DNA from: Pseudolabrys sp.
GTDB lineage: Bacteria > Pseudomonadota > Alphaproteobacteria > Rhizobiales > Xanthobacteraceae
Assembly (NCBI GenBank): GCA_017849615.1
Contig: JAFIGS010000014.1
Location: forward strand, 147,740 to 211,739
Direction of reading: 5' to 3'
DNA length: 64,000 nt
Both the position numbers and the translations under genes were made by a program. Below are positions 34,548 through 43,920 of this stretch, piece by piece. The notes under the pieces are model-generated. The model searched no databases. It saw nothing but the letters and a program-made list of their open reading frames with translations, and was not told the DNA's origin. The number at the start of each line of letters is the position of its first letter. Positions within the stretch are counted from its first letter, which is position 1.

Positions 34548-36053
34548 ATGCGTTGCGCTGATCGTACGGGGCTGCGTTTTGGACTGGAGACGGCCAGAGG
34601 GCCGTTCGGCAAAATGCTCGCAGGCACGTGCCTCATGCTCGGCCTCGGCGGCTGTCTGCTCAGCGACAAGCCCGAGCCGGGGCTCGATATTCCGGCGCGT
34701 TACGGCGCCTCCTCCGCCAACCCCAGAATCGCCGAGGCGGCGTTGCCGAAGCTCGACTGGTGGCGCGGCTTCCGCTCCGGCGAACTGACGACCATCATCG
34801 AGACGGCGCGCGAGGCCAATCTCGACATCGCCGCCGCGATTGCCCGCATCGTGCAGGCCGACGCGCAATCACGCATCGTCGGCGCCGCGCTGCTGCCGGT
34901 GGTCAATCTCAATGGCGGCGCTTCACGCAGCCAGGCCTCGAAGACGACCGGTCTCGGCAACGGCCAGCCTTTCGTCGACAGCACCGGCTTCCGGGTTTCC
35001 AACTCGCTGAGCGCAACCTTGTCGGCGAGCTACGAAATCGACTTCTGGGGCAAGAACCGCGCAACCTTGCGCGCCCTCGAGCAGACCGCCGTCGCCAGCC
35101 GGTTCGACAGCGAGGTCGTGACACTCTCCACCGTCGCCACCGCGGCGAATTCCTACTTCCAGGTACTGGCGGCGCAGGACCGGCTTCGCGCGGCGCGCAA
35201 CAATCTGGCCGCCGCCGAGCGTGTCCTTGGGCTGATCCGGCAGCGTCTCAATGCCGGTACGGCGTCCGAGCTCGAAGTGTCGCAGCAGGAAAGCCTGGTG
35301 GCAACGCAGCGCGCCGCCATTCCGCCGCTGGAGCAGACCGTCGCCCAGTTCCGCAACGCGCTCGCGGTGCTGATGGCGCGCCCGCCGCAGCTCGCCAGCA
35401 TTCGCGGCGGCTCGCTCAATTCGATCAACGTGCCGCGCGTGACGCCCGGCCTGCCGTCCGAGCTTCTGGCGCAGCGCCCCGACATTCGCGAAGCGGAAGC
35501 CTTGCTCGCCGCCGCCAACGCCAATGTCGAGAACGCGCGGGCCCAGCTTCTGCCGAGCATCGTGCTGACCGGAGACGGCGGCTATCAAAGCTCCGTCTTC
35601 AAGCTGCTCATGCGGCCGGAATCGGTGGTTTTCAGCGCCGCCGCCGGCCTCACGCAGCCGATCTTCGAAGGCGGCCGCCTCGCCGGCAATGTCGATCTGC
35701 AGAAAGGCCGTCAGGACGAACTGCTGCAGAATTATCGGCGCGCGGTGATCGCCAGCTTCTCCGATGTGGAGACCTCGCTCAGCGCCATCCGCACCACGAC
35801 GCAGCGCGAGCAACTGCAGCGCGCCGTGGTGAGCGCCTCGCAGCGCGCTTTCGATATCTCCGAGCAGCGTCTGCGCGAAGGCACGATCGATCTCATCACG
35901 GTGCTGCAGACGCAGCAGTCGCTATTCACCGCGCAGGATGCGCTGATCCAGGCGCGGCTGGCTCGTTTGCAGGCGGTCGTCAGTCTCTATCAGGCGCTCG
36001 GCGGCGGCTGGGCGCCGAAACCGCAATTGGCAGAAGCGCCCGATGCACGGTGA
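34548..36053 (+). CDS. RND efflux outer-membrane factor lipoprotein (NodT family)
   Basis: 501-aa ORF with lipobox LGLGGC. It has the typical OMF duplicated helical/barrel pattern and ends ..LYQALGGGW. The start is ambiguous (ATG 34548 or ATG 34614). Confidence 0.85.
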   Translation: MRCADRTGLRFGLETARGPFGKMLAGTCLMLGLGGCLLSDKPEPGLDIPARYGASSANPRIAEAALPKLDWWRGFRSGELTTIIETAREANLDIAAAIARIVQADAQSRIVGAALLPVVNLNGGASRSQASKTTGLGNGQPFVDSTGFRVSNSLSATLSASYEIDFWGKNRATLRALEQTAVASRFDSEVVTLSTVATAANSYFQVLAAQDRLRAARNNLAAAERVLGLIRQRLNAGTASELEVSQQESLVATQRAAIPPLEQTVAQFRNALAVLMARPPQLASIRGGSLNSINVPRVTPGLPSELLAQRPDIREAEALLAAANANVENARAQLLPSIVLTGDGGYQSSVFKLLMRPESVVFSAAAGLTQPIFEGGRLAGNVDLQKGRQDELLQNYRRAVIASFSDVETSLSAIRTTTQREQLQRAVVSASQRAFDISEQRLREGTIDLITVLQTQQSLFTAQDALIQARLARLQAVVSLYQALGGGWAPKPQLAEAPDAR

Positions 36054-37329
36054 ACTCCCCAAATCCGATACCACGGTTGCTCCCGCGACCGCGCCGGCGC
36101 GGAAGAAGCGCAATCGCTGGCTGATCTATCTCGTCGTATTCGTCGCGGTCGGCGGCGCGCTCTATTACGTTTTCGGCCAGAAAGCCGAACAGCAGCAGCG
36201 GCGCGGCCGCTTCTTCGCCGGCGACGGCCCGGTTCCGGTGCTGGCCGCCAATGCGCAGCTCGCCGACGTGCCGGTCTATCTCGACGGCGTCGGCACCACG
36301 CGCGCGCTCAACACCGTGACCGTGCGTTCGCAGGTCGACGGCAAGCTGCTAAGCGTCAATTTCAAGGAAGGCCAGGACGTCAAGCGCGGCGACGTGCTGG
36401 CGCGGATCGATCCGACGACGTTCCAGGCCACGCTCGATCAAGCCGTCGCCAAGAAGGCGATGGACGAGGCGCTGCTGGCCAACGCCCAGAACGATCTCAA
36501 CCGCTACGAACAGCTCGCGGCGACCAACGCCATCAACAAGCAGCAGGCCGATACGCAGCGCTCGCTGGTCGCGCAATACACCGCGCAGGTAAAATCCGAC
36601 CAGGCGGCCATCGAAAGCGCGCAGGCCACGCTCGGATACGCGACGATCCGCGCGCCGCTGGACGGCCGCACCGGCCTGCGTCAGGTCGACGAAGGCAATA
36701 TCGTGCGCGCGTCGGACACCTCCGGCATCGTCGTCATCACCCAGCTTCAGCCGATCTCGGTGCAGTTCAACCTGCCGCAGCAATATCTCGGCGACGTCAA
36801 CGCCGCTTTCGCGCAGCGGCCGCTGCAGGTCGACGCGCAGCGCTCCGACACCGACGCCGTGCTCGATCGGGGCAAGCTGACCGTGGTGGACAACCAGGTC
36901 GACCCGACGACGGGCACCGTGAAGCTCCGCGCCGAATTCCCGAACGACAAGCTGCAGCTCTGGCCCGGCCAGTTCGCCAACATCCGGCTGCTCATCAACA
37001 CGTTGCAGCAGGTCGTCACCATTCCGACCGGCGCCGTGCAGCGCGGGCCGAACGGCACTTTCGTTTATGTCATCAAGGATGGCGTGGCGAGCATGCGGCC
37101 GATCGTGGTTCAGCGTCAGGACGAGCAGCGCACCGTGGTGAAAAGCGGCGTGGCGGCGCCCGAGCAGGTCGTCACCACCGGCTTCGCGCGCCTGACCGAC
37201 GGCGCCAAGGTTACGGTCAGCAGCGGCGACACGACGCCGGCAGCGGCGACCGACGCGCCACGGCGCGGACAACGACAGAATGGGGCACCGGGGGCGAGCG
37301 GACAGCAGAGACAGAACCGGGGTCAGTGA
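36043..37329 (+). CDS. mdtA: RND efflux periplasmic adaptor (membrane fusion protein), MdtA-like
   Basis: 428-aa ORF overlapping the OMF stop by 11 nt. An N-terminal TM anchor is present. Lipoyl/hairpin motifs include VRSQVDGKLLSVNFKEGQDVKRGDVLARID and IRAPLDGRTGL. Confidence 0.8.
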   Translation: MHGELPKSDTTVAPATAPARKKRNRWLIYLVVFVAVGGALYYVFGQKAEQQQRRGRFFAGDGPVPVLAANAQLADVPVYLDGVGTTRALNTVTVRSQVDGKLLSVNFKEGQDVKRGDVLARIDPTTFQATLDQAVAKKAMDEALLANAQNDLNRYEQLAATNAINKQQADTQRSLVAQYTAQVKSDQAAIESAQATLGYATIRAPLDGRTGLRQVDEGNIVRASDTSGIVVITQLQPISVQFNLPQQYLGDVNAAFAQRPLQVDAQRSDTDAVLDRGKLTVVDNQVDPTTGTVKLRAEFPNDKLQLWPGQFANIRLLINTLQQVVTIPTGAVQRGPNGTFVYVIKDGVASMRPIVVQRQDEQRTVVKSGVAAPEQVVTTGFARLTDGAKVTVSSGDTTPAAATDAPRRGQRQNGAPGASGQQRQNRGQ

Positions 37330-37362
37330 GTTGTCACCGCCATTCGCCACGCACGCGCTTCA

Positions 37363-37506
37363 CCTCTCCCCTTGGGGGAGAGGTCGACGCACGAAGTGCG
37401 TCGGGAGAGGGGTCAAAAGTTTTCGGCTTAAGTTACCCCTCTCCCCAACCCTCTCCCCCATAGCTCGCCGGACGGCGAGCGTCCGCTCGCCTATGGGGAG
37501 AGGGGG
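37363..37506. repeat. cluster of GGAGAGG/CCTCTCC palindromic units (family 4) in the mdtA-mdtB gap
   Basis: Unit 1 (37363-37412) is CCTCTCCCC-TTG-GGGGAGAGG, then CGACGCAC-GAA-GTGCGTCG, then GGAGAGGGG. Unit 2 (37436-37506) is CCCTCTCCCCCATAG...CTCGCC-GGAC-GGCGAG...CTATGGGGAGAGGG. All are read directly from the sequence. Confidence 0.8.
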
Positions 37507-37553
37507 CGCACCGAATTTGCGGCGCTGATGAGCAAGATGGCTGACATAACAGA

Positions 37554-40500
37554 ATGAGCGTCTCCTCGCCCTTCATCCATCGGCCCATCGCCACCTCGCT
37601 GCTCGGCATCGCGGTGATGCTCGGCGGCGCGCTTGGCTACTGGTGGCTGCCGGTGTCGGCGCTGCCGCAGGTCGATTTCCCGACCGTGCAGGTGACGACG
37701 CAACTGCCGGGCGCCAATCCGGACACCGTGTCTGCGCTGATCACCGCGCCGCTCGAACGCAGCTTCGGCCAGATCCAGGCGCTGCAGACGATGACCTCGT
37801 CGAGTTCCTTCGGCATCAGCCAGGTCACGCTGCAGTTCGACCTCAGCCGCGACATCGACTCGGCCGCGCAGGACGTGCAGTCGGCGATCAACGCCGCCGG
37901 CTCGACGCTGCCGCGCAACCTGCCCTATCCGCCGGTCTATTCGAAGGTGAACCCGGCCGACACGCCGATCATCACGCTGGCGATCACGTCCGACAATATC
38001 GCGCTGCGCGAACTTTCGGACATGGCCAACACCATCATGGCGCCGCGGCTGTCGGAGGTGACCGGCGTCGGCCGCGTCTCGGTGCAGGGCGGCATCAAGC
38101 CGGCGGTGCGCATCCAGGCCGATCTGTCGCGGCTCGCCGCCTACGGCATCGCGCTCGAGGACCTGCGCACCGCCATCGTCGGCGCCAATGTGTCCGGCGC
38201 CAAGGGCGCGCTCGACGGCGCGCAACAATCCTACACCATTGCCGCCAACGACCAGCTCGCGACCGCCAACGCCTATCGCAGCATTACCGTGGCCTACCGG
38301 AACAGCGCGCCGGTGCTGCTGTCCGATGTCGCCGACGTCGTCGACGGGCTGGAGAACAACCAGGTCGGCGCGACCTATCAGGGCAAGCCGGCCATCGTCA
38401 TCGACATCCAGCGCCAGCCCGGCGCCAATGTGATCGAGACGGTGCAGCGGCTGCGCTCCGAACTGCCGCGCCTGCAACGCACCTTGCCGGCCGGCGCCAA
38501 ACTTACGGTCGTCACCGACCGCACCGACACCATCCGCGCCTCGATCCACGACGTGCAGTTCACGCTGGTGCTGGCGATCGGCCTCATCGTGCTGGTGGTG
38601 CTGGTGTTCCTGCGCACCATCCGCGCCACCATCATCGCCGGCGTGGCGCTGCCTTTGTCGCTGATCGCCACCTTCGGCATCATGTATTTCGCCGGTTTCT
38701 CGCTCGACAATTTGTCGCTGATGGCCCTGACCATCGGCACCGGCTTCGTGGTCGACGACGCCATCGTCATGATCGAGAACATCGTCCGCCACATCGAGGA
38801 GGGCGACCACCCGCTGGCGGCGGCGCTCAAAGGCGCCAAGGAGATCGGCTTCACCATCATCTCGCTGACGCTGTCGCTGATCGCGGTGTTCATCCCGCTG
38901 CTGTTCATGACCGGCCTGGTGGGCCGCATGTTCCGCGAATTCGCGCTGACGCTGACCATCGCCGTGGTGGCCTCCGCGATCGTGTCGCTGACCCTGACGC
39001 CGATGATGTGCGCCAAGCTGCTACGCCGCGAGGACGAAACCGAAGGAAAGCCGGGCCTCGGCCGCCGGATGTCGCAGCGCTTCGAGGAATGGACCGACCG
39101 CACCATCGAGGCCTACCGCGTCAGCCTCGAATGGGTTTTGCAGCGCCAGCGCGCCACCTTGATCGCGACCTTCGCGACCCTGGCCATCACGGTGGCGCTC
39201 TATGTGCTGATGCCCAAGGGTTTCCTGCCGATCCAGGACACCGGCCAGATCACCGCCGTCACCGAAGCCGGCACCGACGTCTCCTTCGCCGAGATGCAGC
39301 GCCGCCAGGCCGAGATCGAAGCCATCATGCGCGCCGATCCGGACGTCGCCAGCGTCGTCTCGGTCATCGGCGTGTCGCCCCTCAACGCCACGCCCAATGC
39401 CGGCCGCATCGCCATCACCCTCAAACCGCGCAGCGAGCGCAAAAATCTGGTCGGCCCCATCGTGGACCGGCTGAAGGAAAAGGTCGCCGGCATCCCCGGC
39501 ATGCACGTCTATTTCCAGGCGACGCAGGACATCCAGATTTCGACCCGGCCCAGCCGCGCCCAGTATCAGTACACCCTGACCGGGAGCGACGCCGACGAGG
39601 TCGTGGCCTGGGCGAACAAACTGACGCAGCGGCTGCGCGGCGATCCGGTTATGCGCGAGGTCGCTTCCGAGGCGCAGGAGGGCGGCCCGCGCATCATGGT
39701 CAATGTCGACCGCGAGAAGGCCGGCCGTCTCGGCGTCTCGATGCAGAGCGTCACCGACACGCTGTACAGCGCCTTCGGGCAGCGGCAGATCTCGACCATT
39801 TACGGCCAGGCCAACCAGTACCGTGTCGTCCTCGAGGCGCAGCCGCGCTACCAGCAGGACCCCACGGCGCTGTCGAAGATCTATGTCACCGGCGCCACGA
39901 CCTCGACCGGCGCCGCCGCCACCGCCGGCAACACCGCCACCGGCACGACCAATACGAACACGTCAGCGACACCAAATTCCGTCACCGGCTCGAACCAGGT
40001 GCCGCTCGCCGCCTTCGCGCGCTTCGAATACACCGCGGCGCCGCTCGCCATCGCGCATCAGGAGCAGTTCCCCTCGGTGACCATCAGCTTCGACCTGGCG
40101 CCGGGCTATGCCTTGTCGGACGCAGTGAAGGTGGTCACCGCCGCCGAGCGCGAGCTCGGCGTGCCGAACACGGTGACCGGCAGCTATTCCGGCGATGCCG
40201 CCGAATTCGCCAAGTCGCTGGAAGGCGAGCCTTATCTCATCCTCGCCGCGGTGATCGCGATCTATATCGTGCTCGGCGTATTGTATGAGAGCTTCATCCA
40301 CCCGCTGACGATCCTGTCGACGCTGCCATCGGCCGGCGTCGGCGCGCTGCTGGCGCTGATGCTGACCGGCTACGATCTCTCGGTGATCGCGCTGATCGGC
40401 ATCGTGCTCCTGATGGGCATCGTCAAGAAGAACGCCATTCTGATGATCGACTTCGCGCTCGACGCCGAGCGCGAGCAGGGCATGAGCCCGCGCGAGTCGA

Positions 40501-40766
40501 TCGTGCAGGCTGCATTGCTGCGCTTCCGCCCGATCATGATGACGACGCTCGCGGCCCTGTTCGGCGCGCTGCGGCTGGCGCTGGAGTCGGGCACCGGCTC
40601 GGAGCTGCGCAACCCGCTCGGCATCACCATCGTCGGCGGCCTCATCCTGAGCCAGTTGCTGACTTTGTACACCACGCCGGTGATCTATCTGTACATGGAG
40701 CGCCTGCGCCTGTGGGTATCGCCGCCGCGGCCGCGCCGCGCGCCTGCCGTCGAACCGGCGGAGTAG
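37554..40766 (+). CDS. mdtB: RND multidrug efflux permease, MdtB-like
   Basis: 1070-aa ORF. The N-terminus is collinear with E. coli MdtB as recalled (..LPVSALPQVDFPTVQVTTQLPGANPDTV..PPVYSKVNPADTPIITLAITS). The HAE-1-type TM4 motif GFVVDDAIVMIENI is present. Confidence 0.9.
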   Translation: MSVSSPFIHRPIATSLLGIAVMLGGALGYWWLPVSALPQVDFPTVQVTTQLPGANPDTVSALITAPLERSFGQIQALQTMTSSSSFGISQVTLQFDLSRDIDSAAQDVQSAINAAGSTLPRNLPYPPVYSKVNPADTPIITLAITSDNIALRELSDMANTIMAPRLSEVTGVGRVSVQGGIKPAVRIQADLSRLAAYGIALEDLRTAIVGANVSGAKGALDGAQQSYTIAANDQLATANAYRSITVAYRNSAPVLLSDVADVVDGLENNQVGATYQGKPAIVIDIQRQPGANVIETVQRLRSELPRLQRTLPAGAKLTVVTDRTDTIRASIHDVQFTLVLAIGLIVLVVLVFLRTIRATIIAGVALPLSLIATFGIMYFAGFSLDNLSLMALTIGTGFVVDDAIVMIENIVRHIEEGDHPLAAALKGAKEIGFTIISLTLSLIAVFIPLLFMTGLVGRMFREFALTLTIAVVASAIVSLTLTPMMCAKLLRREDETEGKPGLGRRMSQRFEEWTDRTIEAYRVSLEWVLQRQRATLIATFATLAITVALYVLMPKGFLPIQDTGQITAVTEAGTDVSFAEMQRRQAEIEAIMRADPDVASVVSVIGVSPLNATPNAGRIAITLKPRSERKNLVGPIVDRLKEKVAGIPGMHVYFQATQDIQISTRPSRAQYQYTLTGSDADEVVAWANKLTQRLRGDPVMREVASEAQEGGPRIMVNVDREKAGRLGVSMQSVTDTLYSAFGQRQISTIYGQANQYRVVLEAQPRYQQDPTALSKIYVTGATTSTGAAATAGNTATGTTNTNTSATPNSVTGSNQVPLAAFARFEYTAAPLAIAHQEQFPSVTISFDLAPGYALSDAVKVVTAAERELGVPNTVTGSYSGDAAEFAKSLEGEPYLILAAVIAIYIVLGVLYESFIHPLTILSTLPSAGVGALLALMLTGYDLSVIALIGIVLLMGIVKKNAILMIDFALDAEREQGMSPRESIVQAALLRFRPIMMTTLAALFGALRLALESGTGSELRNPLGITIVGGLILSQLLTLYTTPVIYLYMERLRLWVSPPRPRRAPAVEPAE

Positions 40767-40784
40767 CGCCATGGGGGAGCCGCG

Positions 40785-43700
40785 ATGAACTTCTCCTGGC
40801 CCTTCATCCGGCGGCCGATCGGCACGACCCTGCTGGCGATCGGCCTGTTCCTGACCGGCGCCATCGCCTACGGTTTCCTGCCGGTCGCGAGCCTGCCCAG
40901 CGTCGAGTTTCCGACCGTGAGCGTCACGGCATCGCGGCCTGGCGCCGATCCCAGCGTCATGGCCGCGACCATCGCCGCGCCGCTGGAGCGGCGGCTGGGC
41001 GAGATCGCCGGCGTTACCGAAATGACCTCGCGCAGTTCGCAAGGCTCGACCCGCATCACCGTGCAGTTCGACCTGTCGCGAAACGCCGACGGCGCCGCGC
41101 GCGACGTGCAGGCCGCCATCAACGCGGCCATGACCGACCTGCCGAGCGACCTGCCGTCGGTGCCGACCTTCCGCAAGATGAACCCGGCGGCCGCGCCGGT
41201 GCTGATCCTGGCGCTGACGTCGAAGACCATGCCCGCCAGCGCCATCTACGATGCCGCCGACAGCATCATCGTGCAGCGCCTGAGCCAGGTGGAGGGCGTC
41301 GCCGACGTGTCCGTCGCCGGCTCCGAACAGCCGGCGATCCGCGTCCGCGTCGATCCCGACCGCCTCGCCGCCACCGGCACGACGTTGGAGCAGGTCCGCA
41401 CCTCGATCTCGAATTCCAATGCGCAGGGCGCACTCGGCGTCTTCGAAGGCGTCAAGCGCGCCGTCACCATCGGCATCAACGACCAACTGCGCGACGCGCC
41501 GGATTACGACCCCATCGTCGTCAAGACCGTCAATGGCGACGTCATCCGCCTCGCCGACGTCGCCTCGATCCGGCCGAGCGTGCGCAACACCCGCTCCGCC
41601 GGCTGGTACAACCGCGATCCCTCCGTGCTGCTGGTGATTACCAAGCAGGCCGACGCCAATGTCATCGACACCGTCGATCGCGTCTACGATCTGCTGCCGG
41701 AGCTGCGCCAGTGGATCCCGGCGGGGCTGGAGATCAACGTCCTGACCGACCGCACCGGCACGATCCGCGCCAGCGTCGAGGACATGCAGCTCACGCTCGC
41801 CGCCTCCGCCGTGCTGGTGATGCTGGTGGTATTCCTGTTTCTGCGCCGCACCGCCGCGACGCTGGCAGCCGGCATCACGGTGCCGCTATCGCTTGCCGGC
41901 ACCTGCGCGGCGATGTGGGCGGCCGGTTTTTCGATCAACAACCTGTCGCTGATGGCGCTCGCGGTCTCGATCGGCTTCGTCGTCGACGACGCCATCGTCA
42001 TGATCGAGAACATGTTTCGCTTCATGGAGAAAGGCTATCGGCCGCTGCGCGCCGCCTTGCTCGGCGCCCGGCAGATCGGCTTCACCGTGGTGTCGATCTC
42101 GGTGTCGCTGGTCGCCGCCTTCATTCCGCTGCTGCTGATGGGCGGCGCCATCGGCCGCCTGTTCCGTGAATTCTCGCTCACCCTCACCTTCGCCATTGCC
42201 GTCTCGACCGTCATATCGCTGTCCGTGACGCCCATGGTCTGCGCCTATTTCGTGCGCAAGCCGCCAAGCCCGAACGAAACCCGGCTCGACCGGATCGTCG
42301 AGGGCGTGCTGTCGCGGATGATCGGCTTCTACGACCGCACGCTGACCTTCGTGCTCGACCACCGCGGGCTGACGCTGATCGTTTTTGCCGCGACAATCGC
42401 ATTGACGGTCGGTCTGTACATCAAGGTGCCCAAAGGCTTCTTCCCGCAGGACGACACCAACCTCATCTTCGGCGGCACGCAGGCTTCGCCCGACATTTCC
42501 TATGAGGCAATGGAGAAGCTGCAACTTCAGGTGATGGACGTCGTGATCGCCGATCCCGCCGTCGCCGGCCTCGGCTCATCGGTCGGCTCGGGCGGCTTCA
42601 ACGCTTCGGTCAATCGCGGCCAGCTCTTTGTCAGCCTCAAACCGCTCGCCGAGCGCGACCCGACGCAGGCCGTGCTCACGAGGCTGCGCGCCAAGCTCAA
42701 TCGCATCCCCGGCGTCCGCTCCTTCCTGGTGCCGACGCAGGATCTGCGCTTCGGCGCCCGCCAGAGCGATTCGTCCTATCAGTTCACGCTGTGGAGCGCC
42801 GATATCGACGCGCTGCAGACCTGGGTGCCCCGCGTTGTCGAACGCATCGAAAAAATTCCCGAGTTGACCGACGTCAACACCGACCGCCAGCAGGGCGGCC
42901 TGCAGGCGGACATCAAGATCGACCGCGAGGCGGCCTCGCGGCTCGGCGTCAGCATGCAGGATATCGACAACGCGCTGAACAACTCGTTCTCGCAGCGACA
43001 GATCTCGACCATCTACACGCAGCGCAACCAGTATCGCGTCATTCTCGAGGTCGAGCCGAAATTCCGGCGCGACCCCAACGACCTGTCGAATGTCTACGTT
43101 CCGGGCAACGGCAATGCCCAGATCCCGCTATCGGCTGTGGCGCGCGTCGAGCGCGGCATCACCCCGCTGGTGGTGAACCATCAGGGTCAGTTCCCCTCGA
43201 CGACGATCACCTACAATGTCCGCGAGGGCGTGGCGATCGAACAGGCCACCGCCGCGATCGATCAGGCCGTCGCCGAACTGCACATGCCGGACCAGATCCG
43301 CACCGAATTCGCCGGCGACGTGAAGGCGTTTCAGCAAAGCGCCAATGCGCAGATCCTGCTCATCGTCGCGGCGCTGATCGCCGTCTATATCGTACTCGGC
43401 ATTCTGTACGAGAGCCTGATCCACCCGCTCACCATCATCTCGACGCTGCCATCGGCCGGCCTCGGCGCCCTGCTCGCTCTGCATCTGTTCGGCACGGAAC
43501 TGACGGTGATCGCCTTCATCGGCATCATCCTTCTTATCGGCATCGTCAAGAAGAACGGCATCATGATGGTGGATTTCGCGCTCGAGGCGGAGCGCGTGCG
43601 CGGTCTGCCGCCGCTCGTCGCCATTCACGAGGCCTGTCTCGCGCGCTTCCGGCCAATCCTGATGACGACGCTGGCGGCCATGCTCGGCGCGCTGCCGCTC

Positions 43701-43916
43701 ATCCTCGCCGTCGGCCCGGGCTCGGAACTGCGCCGCCCGCTCGGCATCACCATCATCGGCGGCCTGCTGGTGTCGCAGATTCTGACGTTGTACACGACGC
43801 CGGTGATCTATCTGTGGCTCGACCGGCTGCACCATCGCTTCGGCGGCGGCGTGCCGACCTTCATCAAGCGCCGCCGCGGACCGGATGGCGCGCCGAGCAT
43901 CCAGCCGGCGGAGTGA
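40785..43916 (+). CDS. mdtC: RND multidrug efflux permease, MdtC-like
   Basis: 1043-aa ORF. The N-terminus is collinear with E. coli MdtC as recalled (..LPVASLPSVEFPTVSVTASRPGADPSVM..VPTFRKMNPAAAPVLILALTS). The TM4 motif GFVVDDAIVMIENM is present. Confidence 0.9.
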   Translation: MNFSWPFIRRPIGTTLLAIGLFLTGAIAYGFLPVASLPSVEFPTVSVTASRPGADPSVMAATIAAPLERRLGEIAGVTEMTSRSSQGSTRITVQFDLSRNADGAARDVQAAINAAMTDLPSDLPSVPTFRKMNPAAAPVLILALTSKTMPASAIYDAADSIIVQRLSQVEGVADVSVAGSEQPAIRVRVDPDRLAATGTTLEQVRTSISNSNAQGALGVFEGVKRAVTIGINDQLRDAPDYDPIVVKTVNGDVIRLADVASIRPSVRNTRSAGWYNRDPSVLLVITKQADANVIDTVDRVYDLLPELRQWIPAGLEINVLTDRTGTIRASVEDMQLTLAASAVLVMLVVFLFLRRTAATLAAGITVPLSLAGTCAAMWAAGFSINNLSLMALAVSIGFVVDDAIVMIENMFRFMEKGYRPLRAALLGARQIGFTVVSISVSLVAAFIPLLLMGGAIGRLFREFSLTLTFAIAVSTVISLSVTPMVCAYFVRKPPSPNETRLDRIVEGVLSRMIGFYDRTLTFVLDHRGLTLIVFAATIALTVGLYIKVPKGFFPQDDTNLIFGGTQASPDISYEAMEKLQLQVMDVVIADPAVAGLGSSVGSGGFNASVNRGQLFVSLKPLAERDPTQAVLTRLRAKLNRIPGVRSFLVPTQDLRFGARQSDSSYQFTLWSADIDALQTWVPRVVERIEKIPELTDVNTDRQQGGLQADIKIDREAASRLGVSMQDIDNALNNSFSQRQISTIYTQRNQYRVILEVEPKFRRDPNDLSNVYVPGNGNAQIPLSAVARVERGITPLVVNHQGQFPSTTITYNVREGVAIEQATAAIDQAVAELHMPDQIRTEFAGDVKAFQQSANAQILLIVAALIAVYIVLGILYESLIHPLTIISTLPSAGLGALLALHLFGTELTVIAFIGIILLIGIVKKNGIMMVDFALEAERVRGLPPLVAIHEACLARFRPILMTTLAAMLGALPLILAVGPGSELRRPLGITIIGGLLVSQILTLYTTPVIYLWLDRLHHRFGGGVPTFIKRRRGPDGAPSIQPAE

Positions 43917-43920
43917 AATA

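Noticed and set aside
34541-34560. A shared motif ATTCATG(N0-3)GCGTT upstream of both the sigma gene (33013-33025) and the OMF gene (34540-34555), as a possible common ECF -10 region.
   Set aside because: A shared 7-mer between two regions of about 200 and 80 nt is expected roughly once by chance. No matching -35 element lies at a consistent distance. It is worth a motif search in orthologues, but it is not supportable from this window alone.
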